Assembly: GCA_041671505.1 (NCBI GenBank)
Contig: JBAZBK010000001.1
Span: 5,582-69,581 of the forward strand
Direction of reading: 5' to 3'
Length of the DNA: 64,000 bases
Source: Thermoanaerobaculia bacterium
GTDB lineage: Bacteria; Acidobacteriota; Thermoanaerobaculia; Gp7-AA8
Below the pieces are notes generated by a model. It had not been told where the DNA came from and searched no databases. It worked only from the letters and a program-made list of their open reading frames with translations. The position numbers were made by a program, and so were the translations under genes. Of this stretch, positions 16,096 to 24,757 are shown one piece after another; the stretch's first letter is position 1, and each line of letters opens with the position of its first letter.

Positions 16096-18853
16096 ACCTC
16101 AGCGCGTTCGTAATCACCGACACCGAGCTGAAGCTCATCGCCGCGGCCGCGATCATCGGGCTCATCACGACTCCGAAAAGCGGGTAGAGGACGCCCGCCG
16201 CGATCGGCACGCCGAGGGCGTTGTAGAAGAAGGCGAAGAAAAGGTTCTGCCGGATGTTCTTCATCGTCGCCTGGCTGAGGCGCCGCGCGCGCACGATGCC
16301 GCGCAGGTCGCCCTTCACGAGAGTCACTCCCGCGCTCTCCATCGCGACGTCGGCCCCCGTTCCCATCGCGATGCCGACCTCGGCCTGCGCGAGCGCCGGC
16401 GCGTCGTTGATGCCGTCGCCCGCCATCGCGACGATGCGTCCTTCACTCTGCAGCCGCTTGATCGCGTCAGCCTTCCCCGAAGGGAGCACTTCGGCGATGA
16501 CCTCGTCGATGCCGAGAGTTCTCGCGACCGCGGCAGCGGTCGTCCGGCTGTCGCCGGTCAGCATCACGATGCGGAGCCCCTCCGCGTGCAACTGCCTGAT
16601 CGCTTCGGCGGTCGTCTCCTTCACCGGGTCGGCGACGCCGACGAGTCCGACCGCCTTGCCGTCCGCGACGACGAACATCACCGTCTGTCCTTCGCCGCGC
16701 ATCGATTCCGCGCGCGACGCGAGCGCAGCCGCATCGATGCCGATCTCCGCGAGCATCGCTGCGTTACCGAGGGCGACGCTCACGCCATCGACCACGCCTC
16801 GCACTCCCTTGCCGGTGACCGAAGCGAAATCGTCGACCGGGCGGATGACCACGCCGCGCTCGAGCGCGCCGTCGATGATCGCGGCCGCGAGCGGATGCTC
16901 GCTCGCCGCCTCGACGCTCGCCGCGAGCCGGAGCAGCTCCTTCTCGTCCATACCCTCGGCTACGACCGTCGCGAGTCGCGGCTTCCCTAACGTCAACGTT
17001 CCCGTCTTGTCGACGACGAGGGTGTCGACCGTCCTCAGCACTTCGATCGCCTCGGCGTTGCGAAAGAGAACTCCCGCGGTCGCGCCTTTCCCCGTCGCGA
17101 CCATCACCGACATCGGCGTCGCGAGCCCGAGAGCGCAAGGGCAGGCGATGATGAGCACCGCGACGGCGTTCACGAGCGCGAACGCGAAGCGCGGCTCGGG
17201 ACCGACCGCGGCCCACACCGCGAAGGTGATCAGTGACGCGACCATCACCGCGGGCACGAACCACGAGGCGACGGTGTCGGCGAGTTTCTGGATCGGCGCG
17301 CGGCTCCGCTGCGCCTGCGCGACCATGTTGACGATCTGCGAGAGAAGCGTGTCGGCGCCGACTCGCTCGGCACGCATGAGCAGCGAGCCCGTGCCGTTCA
17401 CCGTCGCGCCGATCAGGCGGTCTCCCGCTCCCTTCTCGACCGGGAGCGCCTCCCCCGTCACCATCGACTCGTCGACGCTCGAAGAGCCGCTGAAGACCAC
17501 GCCGTCGACGGGGATCTTCTCGCCCGGACGGACGCGAAGGGTGTCGCCCGGCTGCACTTCACCGAGGGGCACGTCAGTCTCGACGCCGTCGCTGCCGAGA
17601 CGGCGTGCGGTCTTCGGTGCGAGGCCGAGCAGCGCGCGGATCGCGGCGCCTGTCCGGCTGCGCGCCCGGAGCTCCATCACCTGGCCTAACAGCACCAGCG
17701 CCACGATCGCGCCTGCCGCCTCGAAATAGACGCCGACGTGCCCCTGTGCGTCGCGGAACGCGGCGGGGAAGATGCCCGGCGCGAGCGTGGCGACGAGCGA
17801 GTAGAGATACGCCACCGAGACGCCGGTGCCGATCAGCGTGAACATGTTGAGGTGCCGGTTCACGAGCGACGCCCACCCGCGCTCCATCAGCGGCCATCCC
17901 GCCCAGAGCACCACCGGCGTCGCGAGCGCGAGCTCGATCCAGTTGCCCCACATCGTCAGCGTGTGGCCGAGCATCTCGTGCGAACCGGGCAGATGCCGGA
18001 GCATCGCGAACGCGACGAGCGGCACCGTGAACAGGAGACTCACCTTGAAGCGGCGCGTCATGTCATCGAGCTCCGGATTCGCCTCATCGAGCGTCACCGT
18101 CCGCGGCTCGAGCGCCATGCCGCATTTCGGGCAGGCGCCAGGCTCCTCTCTGACGACCTCGGGGTGCATCGGGCAGACCCATTCGGTCTTCGTCGCCGGC
18201 GCGGTGATCGTCTCCGGCTCGAGCGCCATGCCGCACTTCGGGCAGGCGCCGGGGCCTTCCTGCCGAACCTCGGGATCCATCGGGCAGGTGTGGATCGCCT
18301 GCGCGAGATCGCCCGCCGGCATCGCGAGCTTCTTCTCGCCGCGGAGGTACGGGCCGGGATCGGCGTCGAACCTCGTCTTGCAGCCCGTCATGCAGAAGTA
18401 GTAGGTCTTACCGTCGAGGACCGAGGTCGCCGCGGCCCTCGCCGGGTCGATCGTCATCCCGCAGACGAGGTCCTTGACTGTCTGGCCGCTCGTTTCAGGG
18501 GCCGCAGCGCCGTAGGCCGCAGGATCAACGTCGAACTTCTCCTTGCAGATCTTCGCGCAGAAGAAATGGTTCGTGCCGCCGACCATCGACGAGCCTGCGG
18601 CCTTCGCAGGGTCGATCGTCATGCCGCAAACCGGGTCCTTGACCCGTTCCACTTCCGGTGCGGTCGCGGCGAAACCGTACGCACCTGGATCGGCGTCAAA
18701 CTTCTCCTTGCAGCGCGGCGAGCAGAAGTAGACCGTCGTGTCGCCGGCGCGCGACGTTCCCGCCGCCTTCGACGGATCGATCTTCATGCCGCAGACCGGG
18801 TCGATGACGCGGTTGTCCGCATGTTCAAGGCCGTGATGTTCGTGGCTGTTCAT
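16076..18853 (-). CDS. copA: copper-translocating P1B-type ATPase with N-terminal 3x YHS domains and 2x CPMHPE/CPKCGM heavy-metal-binding domains
   Basis: 925 aa. Three DPVCGMxIDP...YYFC repeats (YHS), two CPM[DH]PEV...[12 protein letters not shown] repeats, a CPC transmembrane motif ([13 protein letters not shown]), DKTGTLT phosphorylation site and [10 protein letters not shown] hinge. Confidence 0.95.
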   Translation of the reverse strand: MNSHEHHGLEHADNRVIDPVCGMKIDPSKAAGTSRAGDTTVYFCSPRCKEKFDADPGAYGFAATAPEVERVKDPVCGMTIDPAKAAGSSMVGGTNHFFCAKICKEKFDVDPAAYGAAAPETSGQTVKDLVCGMTIDPARAAATSVLDGKTYYFCMTGCKTRFDADPGPYLRGEKKLAMPAGDLAQAIHTCPMDPEVRQEGPGACPKCGMALEPETITAPATKTEWVCPMHPEVVREEPGACPKCGMALEPRTVTLDEANPELDDMTRRFKVSLLFTVPLVAFAMLRHLPGSHEMLGHTLTMWGNWIELALATPVVLWAGWPLMERGWASLVNRHLNMFTLIGTGVSVAYLYSLVATLAPGIFPAAFRDAQGHVGVYFEAAGAIVALVLLGQVMELRARSRTGAAIRALLGLAPKTARRLGSDGVETDVPLGEVQPGDTLRVRPGEKIPVDGVVFSGSSSVDESMVTGEALPVEKGAGDRLIGATVNGTGSLLMRAERVGADTLLSQIVNMVAQAQRSRAPIQKLADTVASWFVPAVMVASLITFAVWAAVGPEPRFAFALVNAVAVLIIACPCALGLATPMSVMVATGKGATAGVLFRNAEAIEVLRTVDTLVVDKTGTLTLGKPRLATVVAEGMDEKELLRLAASVEAASEHPLAAAIIDGALERGVVIRPVDDFASVTGKGVRGVVDGVSVALGNAAMLAEIGIDAAALASRAESMRGEGQTVMFVVADGKAVGLVGVADPVKETTAEAIRQLHAEGLRIVMLTGDSRTTAAAVARTLGIDEVIAEVLPSGKADAIKRLQSEGRIVAMAGDGINDAPALAQAEVGIAMGTGADVAMESAGVTLVKGDLRGIVRARRLSQATMKNIRQNLFFAFFYNALGVPIAAGVLYPLFGVVMSPMIAAAAMSFSSVSVITNALRLRNVRI

Positions 18854-18888
18854 GACTCCTCCAATGATGGCTCAGCAGCGTGGCGACT

Positions 18889-19113
18889 TCATCCTCGCGA
18901 GTAACCGCCGCCTCCGCAGCACGACGAGGTCGCGGCCGGCGCTTCGACGAGCGATCCATGCCCCGTGTCGAACTCGCTCTTGCAGGAGATGGCGCAGAAG
19001 TAATAGGTCGTCCCGTCGTGATGCGAACTTCCCGCGGCGGTGGCAGGATCGATCAGCATCCCGCAGACGGGGTCGGTCACGAGGTTGTGTGGGGTCGTGT
19101 TCGTGCTGTTCAT
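18889..19113 (-). CDS. small YHS-domain metal-binding protein, first gene of the copA operon
   Basis: 74 aa from the ATG at 19113 (GAGGAG Shine-Dalgarno). Contains DPVCGMLIDP...YYFCAISCKSEF and a C-terminal CCGGGG. Confidence 0.6.
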   Translation of the reverse strand: MNSTNTTPHNLVTDPVCGMLIDPATAAGSSHHDGTTYYFCAISCKSEFDTGHGSLVEAPAATSSCCGGGGYSRG

Positions 19114-19163
19114 CGTCAGGCTCTCCTCATCATCTGTCGTCGACCGATCACCGGTCGAAACAC

Positions 19164-19194
19164 AACATAAGGCTTCCCACGATGGGAAGGTCAA
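19164..19194 (-). promoter_or_regulatory. MerR/CueR-type promoter: -35 TTGACC, 19-bp spacer containing the dyad CTTCCCA-TCG-TGGGAAG, -10 TATGTT
   Basis: Read on the minus strand: cccaTTGACCttcccatcgtgggaagcctTATGTTgtg. The 19-bp spacer and 7-3-7 CTTCC...GGAAG dyad are diagnostic of CueR operators. It sits about 50 nt upstream of the YHS/copA start. Confidence 0.65.
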
Positions 19195-19368
19195 TGGGCG
19201 GGTTTGTGCGGCGCAGCCACTCCGGCCCGCACGTCGCCGAAGGCGGCCGGTCAGCAGGAGCAGGACACGCCGTACGCCTGAACCTGCGTCGCGAACGTCA
19301 CGCCCGCGGCGCTACCTCCGGCTTCGGGGGCCCGCGAGAGTGTCTGCGCCACGAAATCGGGGCGACGG

Positions 19369-20289
19369 TCAGCGGCTGCCCTTCGTCCCGATCTCCACCC
19401 GTCTCATCCCCGTCCCCGCCGCGTCGACGACATGCGCCTCGATCGTCTTGATGCGGCCGTCGTCGTCGATCTCGTAGAGATTGAAGCCGGAGCGGATCAT
19501 CGGGTCGTCGTGGTCGAGCGCGCCGCCGCTCGACGAGACGATCTCGAGCGAGCCGGCCGCGGTGGCGAGTGCACGGCGTGTCCTGATGTGAAGGTGGCCG
19601 AAGAGAACGAGGCCGCGCGGGAGCGGCGAGAGCGATGCCCGGAGCGCAGCGCCGTCGACGAGCCCGTCGCGTCGCTGTTTCCGCATCGGCCGATCGTCGA
19701 CTGGCGGGTGGTGCAGCAGGATCACAGGAGTCCGCTTCGCCACCTCGGGGTGCGCGAGCACGCGATCGAGCGCGGCGAGCTGTCCGGCGCCGACCAGCCC
19801 CGCGGCGATGAACGGCGGGCGCGGCACCGCGCTGGAGAGCGCAACGATCGCGACGGGGCCGCGCAGCTTCACGCAGGGAAACGAGCCCGATGGCAGCTCG
19901 AGCGCCAGCTCCGGGAAATCGCTCTTGAGAAATGTGTCGAAGTGATACGGGAAGCGTCGCCTGTTATGGATCTTCCTGAGGTAGGTGTCGTGGTTGCCGG
20001 GAATGACCGTCACTTCGACGCGCTGCGCGATCTCGTCGAGCAACATGCGCGCCTCGAGGTATTCGCTCTCCAGCGAGAGATTCGTGATGTCGCCGGTCAC
20101 GACGACCTGGTCGGCGCTCGCCGCCGCCGCGGCGAGCGTGGTGCGAAGGTAGTCGAGCCGGTAGACCCGCTTCCGCTTCAGCGCCAGGTTCGCATAGCCG
20201 GTCAACCGCTTGTTGAACAGCATCTTCCGCCACTCGAACCCGAGCGGCGAGAGGACGTGGAGATCGGAGACATGGGCGATGCGAAACAT
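19369..20289 (-). CDS. calcineurin-like metallophosphoesterase
   Basis: Start at 20289 (MFRIAHVSDLHV). GDITN and GNHD motifs. The listed ORF's 48-aa extension lacks homology. Confidence 0.75.
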   Translation of the reverse strand: MFRIAHVSDLHVLSPLGFEWRKMLFNKRLTGYANLALKRKRVYRLDYLRTTLAAAAASADQVVVTGDITNLSLESEYLEARMLLDEIAQRVEVTVIPGNHDTYLRKIHNRRRFPYHFDTFLKSDFPELALELPSGSFPCVKLRGPVAIVALSSAVPRPPFIAAGLVGAGQLAALDRVLAHPEVAKRTPVILLHHPPVDDRPMRKQRRDGLVDGAALRASLSPLPRGLVLFGHLHIRTRRALATAAGSLEIVSSSGGALDHDDPMIRSGFNLYEIDDDGRIKTIEAHVVDAAGTGMRRVEIGTKGSR

Positions 20290-20360
20290 CGGGACGATGA
20301 GTTTACCGCGCCGGAGTTTGGCGGTCGGACTCCAATGGCATTGAGTTGAGCCCAAGAAAA

Positions 20361-20461
20361 GGCTGAAGTCAGAACGTAGAACGATGAATGTTGAACCCAG
20401 AAATGGATCCACGGCGCGTTTCTGGGTTCTCAATTCATCGTTCTACGTTCTAACTTCAGGC
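20361..20461. repeat. MITE-like 100-bp palindromic element, family A (GAAGTYAGAACG...)
   Basis: Arms gctgaagtcagaacgtagaacgatgaatgttgaacccagaaa and its near-perfect reverse complement around tggatccacggcgcg. A second copy is at 53743-53846. Confidence 0.6.
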
Positions 20462-20559
20462 TTTCATTGACGTCAATATGGGACCTTCGGTCCGTCCCAA
20501 ACTTCCGCCCCCCAACGAAAGCGGCCACCCTTTCGGGTGGCCGCGGATCGATCGAAAAC

Positions 20560-20635
20560 TGGAGCCGTTGACCGGACTCGAACCGGTGACCTGCTGATTA
20601 CGAATCAGCTGCTCTACCAACTGAGCTACAACGGC
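20560..20635 (-). tRNA. tRNA-Thr (anticodon CGT)
   Basis: Cloverleaf on the minus strand: GCCGTTG acceptor, anticodon loop TTCGTAA, T-loop GGTTCGAGTCC, CCA encoded. Confidence 0.9.
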
Positions 20636-20749
20636 TTGGGGCTGCTTGCCGGCCGGTCCGGAGCAGCGCGGATTATACCGATGCCCGCGCGGCTGTCCAG
20701 CCTTCCGAAGCGTGCGGGAGAACGCGGCTCACCCCGAGGGTATTTCGGA

Positions 20750-20900
20750 TCGCGAAATTCGGACTTGAGGAGCAGGCGAGAGGCGAAGGGCGATAGGCGA
20801 GAGCAAGCAGATTCGGATGTTCGACGGTACGCGGTGGCGGCGGCGAGATCGACAGCTGAGGGGGTGCTTATCGCCTCTCGCCCATCGCCTCTCGCCCGCC
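20750..20900. repeat. GGCGAGAGGCGA / TCGCCTCTCGCC degenerate heptamer arrays (fragments of the GC-rich repeat family)
   Basis: aggcgagaggcgaagggcgataggcgagag at 20760 and cgcctctcgcccatcgcctctcgccc at 20865. Both lie in a 440-bp non-coding stretch upstream of tRNA-Thr. Confidence 0.4.
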
Positions 20901-21076
20901 GTTGAACTCCCAACCTACACTGAGTACTTCTGCGAGGTGCGGGCCGCTGCGATAAAGCTGCGTAGGCTCGGGGGGGTGGGATCAGGTTGCGGAACAAACC
21001 AGCGGTTAACTGCGGTGATCGATACTGAATGGATCGCAGGCCGCCCGCACCTCGCTATTTCTCGATCCTTATTCGT

Positions 21077-21805
21077 CTAGATCGACACCATTTCTTCGAG
21101 GGCTGCGTGGTCGGTGACCATCACCGTCGAGCCCTTGATGTCGATGATCTTCTTCTTGCGCAGGTCGCTCAGAAGCCGCGTAATCGTCTCGCGCGTGGTG
21201 CCGAGCATCTGCGCGATCTCCTCGTGCGTGAGCACGACCTTCAGGCGGAACGAGCCGTTGGTCTTCGTCGTCTCGTCGCACCAGTCGAGCAGCAGCTTGG
21301 CGAGCTTCTCTCCCGTCGACGACGAGAGCCCCAGCGCGCGGATCTCGCGCTGCGCCATCTGGTACTTCTCCGAAAGCTGCTCGGCGGTGTGGAAGCAGGC
21401 CTCGGTGTGCTCGTTGAGGAACGCGAGGAACTCCGTCCGCTTGATGAAGTTGACCTGGCACGGCTCGATCGTCTCCGCTGAGACTTCGTACGGCTTGCCG
21501 AGGATCGCGGAGCTGAGGCCGAGAACTTCGCCCGGCTGCACGATCTTGAGGATCAGCTTTTTCCCTTCGCTCGAGGAGGTCGTCAGCTTCACCCTGCCGC
21601 TGCAGAGGATGAAGACGCCTCGCGGCTGCTCCTCCTCGACGAAGAGAAGGGCGCCTCTCGGGTAGACGCTGGTGAACTTGATCCGCTCCAGCCCTTCCAT
21701 CGTCTTCTTGGTGAGGTTGCAAAACGGCCGGTCGGTCCGGTCGAGGCAGTCCATGCAGCTGTAGTGGACGTCGATGTTGTACGGTGAAGGCATCGCTCGC
21801 TCCAT
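21077..21805 (-). CDS. Crp/Fnr-family transcriptional regulator with N-terminal Cys cluster (FNR-like candidate O2/redox sensor)
   Basis: cNMP-binding beta-roll and a C-terminal HTH (EEIAQMLGTTRETITRLL). N-terminal Cys at CMDC...C plus a central Cys resemble the FNR [4Fe-4S] ligands. Start is 21805 or 21793. Confidence 0.85.
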   Translation of the reverse strand: MERAMPSPYNIDVHYSCMDCLDRTDRPFCNLTKKTMEGLERIKFTSVYPRGALLFVEEEQPRGVFILCSGRVKLTTSSSEGKKLILKIVQPGEVLGLSSAILGKPYEVSAETIEPCQVNFIKRTEFLAFLNEHTEACFHTAEQLSEKYQMAQREIRALGLSSSTGEKLAKLLLDWCDETTKTNGSFRLKVVLTHEEIAQMLGTTRETITRLLSDLRKKKIIDIKGSTVMVTDHAALEEMVSI

Positions 21806-21993
21806 CTCCTTCGTCCGGGGGGCCGGCGTACCCGGGGCCGGCTCTCTTCGTTCCTGTCACTGAATCTAGGGAAGGAGCGCACTTCGGGCGAGCAGTACTG
21901 TCACGGAGTGATGTGACAAGTGTCACGAGCAGGCAAGGCCGCCGGTCGGCGCATCCTCGTGAATGCGTCACCCGCGGGCGTGCGGTTGCCTGA

Positions 21994-22440
21994 CTACGAC
22001 GCCTTCGACATCAGCGGGCCCGAGCTCCGGATAAGCTCGAGGCAGCGGTCGACGTCCTGGCTGAGAAGTCTCAGCACCGCGAGACGCCCTTCCGGGTGCT
22101 CGTCGAGGAATCGCAGGACGGCGTCCTTGCGGACGAAGCCGGCGCGCGTGGAGGCGATGACCTCGCCCGTCGCGCCCCAGGGCCTGTCGGCGAACAGGGG
22201 GCCGAGCCCGAGGATCTGCCCGCCGCGCGCGAGCCGTTCGGTGATCGGAACGCCCGCGGCGTTCCGGTAGGTGAGCTGAACCTTACCGCGCTGGATGAGG
22301 TAGATCCCGTCTGCCGGCTCGTTCGCGTTGAAGAGCCGGTCACCCGTCTTGAGAATCATCGGCTCGACGAACTCGCCGAGCGCGCGGAACAGCTCGACCG
22401 CGTTCATCGTGCGTGACTGCGTGGCGGCTGGTCGTGTCAT
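21994..22440 (-). CDS. cyclic-nucleotide-binding domain protein (no DNA-binding domain)
   Basis: cNMP-binding fold (ADGIYLIQRGKVQL...). Start is ambiguous, 22440 or 22407. Confidence 0.6.
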   Translation of the reverse strand: MTRPAATQSRTMNAVELFRALGEFVEPMILKTGDRLFNANEPADGIYLIQRGKVQLTYRNAAGVPITERLARGGQILGLGPLFADRPWGATGEVIASTRAGFVRKDAVLRFLDEHPEGRLAVLRLLSQDVDRCLELIRSSGPLMSKAS

Positions 22441-22718
22441 CGTCCTGTGCTGCCGGTGTTCCTCTCTGCCGATCATGCATGCAGAATAGAGAGCACCCAG
22501 AGACACTCATGTGACCAGTGCTACGCGTTTTTGTGACTCGCTGAACACGAGAGCGGGTCGCAGGTGCGAAGTGAGGCGGACTTGCGCGGTGAGGCGAACG
22601 AAACGTTGCAACGCGACGAAGTGCCACGATCGCCCCGTAAACAGGGGTCGATCGCAACCTTCGCCACGCCGCGCGCGCGCACCGAACAGCTTCGGGAGGC
22701 CTTGCTGCCTGAGCAGTC

Positions 22719-22732
22719 GTGACATCCATCAC
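22719..22732. promoter_or_regulatory. candidate Crp/Fnr-family operator GTGA-N6-TCAC upstream of the porin-nrfHA operon
   Basis: cGTGAcatccaTCACc lies about 75 nt upstream of the porin start. It matches the CRP-type half-sites TGTGA/TCACA except in flanking positions. Confidence 0.3.
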
Positions 22733-22802
22733 CCGCGTGACCTCGGTCATTCCGCGGCCACGGGAGCGATAGTCGAATACGCACCGACGAAAGGGAGAGG
22801 AC

Positions 22803-24254
22803 ATGAAGGGACCGGGAGTCAAATGTCTCGTGCTGCTGGCAACGTTGATCGTCGCACTGACACCTGCCGCGCTGGTCGCGGAGGAACCCGCGCCGGGGTC
22901 GGTTGACCTGAGCGGCAACTGGCGCGTGCGCGCGGAAGACTGGAGCTGGTTCGACACCAGTGCCGGCGATACCGACTATTCGTTCTTCGGTTCGCTGCTC
23001 ACCCTCAACGCAGGGCAGAAGCGCGAGACGGTCGACTGGCTCGTCGAAGGCGCCGTGCCGCTTCTCTGGAGCCTGCCCGAGCACGCCATCGCTCCCGCGC
23101 CGCAGGGGCTTCTCGGGCTCGGCGCGAACTACTACCAGGCGAACGGCGACGACAACTCCGAAGGGATCTTCCTGCGGCAGGCCTACCTCAACTTCAAGGG
23201 GCTTCCCAACGGACGCACCGTCAAGATCGGCCGCACCATCTTCAACGAAGGGCTCGAGCGCAAGTACGACGATCCGAACATGACGTGGCTCAAGCGCATG
23301 CGAATCTCGCAGCGACTGATCGGTGACTTCGGCTTCTCGCACGTCGGCCGCAGCTTCGACGGCGTGACCTACGCTCACGAAACCGGTAAGAGCAACTTCA
23401 CCCTGATGGCGGGCGTGCCGACCGAAGGCGTCTTCGACACCGACGGCAACGACGAGATCGACGACATGTTTCTCGCTTACGGCGCCTACACGCGCGAGAC
23501 GAGCGCGTCACCCGGCGAGTGGCGCCTCTTCGGCATCTACTACGTCGATGATCGCGGTCTCGTGAAGACCGACAACCGCCCGTCGGCCACGCGCAATCTC
23601 GACCGCGAAAAGATCGCGCTCTCCACGATCGGATTCAACTGGGTCCAGACCGTGCCGGTCGGAGAGAACGGCCTCGTCGACGTCCTCTTCTGGGGCGCGC
23701 TCCAGTACGGCGACTGGGGCACCCTCGACCAGTTTTCCAGCGCGTTCGCGTTCGAAGCGGGCTACCGCCTCACCGGCGTCCCGGGCAAGCCCTGGTTCCG
23801 CGTCGGAATGTTCGACGGAAGCGGCGACGACAACCCGACCGACGATCGTCACGAAACCTTTTTCCAGATCCTGCCGACACCGCGCCTTTACGCGCGCATG
23901 CCGATCTACAACCTGATGAACAGCAGCGACAAGTTCTTCCAGGTGTTCGCCGAGCCGGGAGAGAAGTGGACCGTCCGCTGCGACGTCCACGAAATCGCCC
24001 TGAGCGAGTCGTCAGACCTCTGGTACTCCGGAGGCGGCGCGTTCCGCTCCGACAACTTCGGCTACGCGGGCCGCCCGTCCGGCGGGAACGACGGCCTTCT
24101 CTCCGTCATCGACCTCTCCGTCGACTACAAGATCAACAAGAACTTCTCGACCACGCTCTACCTCTCGCATGCGCAGGGCGGAGCGGTGATCGACAACATC
24201 TACGACGGGGACACGGCGCAGTTCCTCTACCTCGAGATGACGGCAAAGTTCTAA
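22803..24254 (+). CDS. outer-membrane beta-barrel porin, alginate-export-like family
   Basis: Signal peptide, alternating amphipathic strands, a C-terminal ...LEMTAKF with terminal Phe, and GGGAGAGG Shine-Dalgarno. Confidence 0.7.
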   Translation: MKGPGVKCLVLLATLIVALTPAALVAEEPAPGSVDLSGNWRVRAEDWSWFDTSAGDTDYSFFGSLLTLNAGQKRETVDWLVEGAVPLLWSLPEHAIAPAPQGLLGLGANYYQANGDDNSEGIFLRQAYLNFKGLPNGRTVKIGRTIFNEGLERKYDDPNMTWLKRMRISQRLIGDFGFSHVGRSFDGVTYAHETGKSNFTLMAGVPTEGVFDTDGNDEIDDMFLAYGAYTRETSASPGEWRLFGIYYVDDRGLVKTDNRPSATRNLDREKIALSTIGFNWVQTVPVGENGLVDVLFWGALQYGDWGTLDQFSSAFAFEAGYRLTGVPGKPWFRVGMFDGSGDDNPTDDRHETFFQILPTPRLYARMPIYNLMNSSDKFFQVFAEPGEKWTVRCDVHEIALSESSDLWYSGGGAFRSDNFGYAGRPSGGNDGLLSVIDLSVDYKINKNFSTTLYLSHAQGGAVIDNIYDGDTAQFLYLEMTAKF

Positions 24255-24283
24255 GATCGAGCCGTCATTCAGGAACAGCACGC

Positions 24284-24736
24284 ATGAAACGAGCGCAAAT
24301 TCTCGCAATTGTCGTCGGGGCCGCAATCGGAATCGCCGTCGGCATCGGGGGCTACACCTTCGCGTACGCGAAGGGAGCCGCGTATCTGCACGACGATCCG
24401 GCCGTATGCGCGAACTGCCACATCATGACCGAGCAGCTCGACGGGTGGCGCCACGGAAGCCACCGCTCGGTCGCGACCTGCAACGATTGCCATACGCCTC
24501 CCGGTCTCGTGCCGAAGTACTACGTGAAGGCGAAGAACGGCTTCTGGCATTCGTTCTACTTCACGACCGGTCTCTTCCACGAGCCGATCCGCATCACCGC
24601 GTCGAACCGCGACGTCACCGAGCAGGCCTGCCGCAAGTGCCACGCCGCGATCGTCCAGGCGATCGATCCCGTGGCGGGCCATGACGAACAGACATCCTGC
24701 CTCCGCTGCCACCGCGACGTGGGCCACAGGCACTGA
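24284..24736 (+). CDS. nrfH: cytochrome c nitrite reductase small subunit, NapC/NirT-family tetraheme quinol dehydrogenase
   Basis: N-terminal TM helix and four CxxCH motifs (CANCH, CNDCH, CRKCH, CLRCH). Start at the ATG at 24284 with an AGGAACAG Shine-Dalgarno. Confidence 0.9.
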   Translation: MKRAQILAIVVGAAIGIAVGIGGYTFAYAKGAAYLHDDPAVCANCHIMTEQLDGWRHGSHRSVATCNDCHTPPGLVPKYYVKAKNGFWHSFYFTTGLFHEPIRITASNRDVTEQACRKCHAAIVQAIDPVAGHDEQTSCLRCHRDVGHRH

Positions 24737-24757
24737 GCAAACATTGAAGGTGAGACC

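Noticed and set aside
15965-18904. Large ORFs antisense to copA (15965..16990 +, 16254..17729 +, 17738..18904 +)
   Set aside because: They are antisense to an unambiguous P-type ATPase gene and have low-complexity composition.
22521-23378. 285-aa minus-strand ORF overlapping the porin gene start region
   Set aside because: No Shine-Dalgarno and no motifs. It overlaps a signal-peptide-bearing porin gene that does have a good Shine-Dalgarno.
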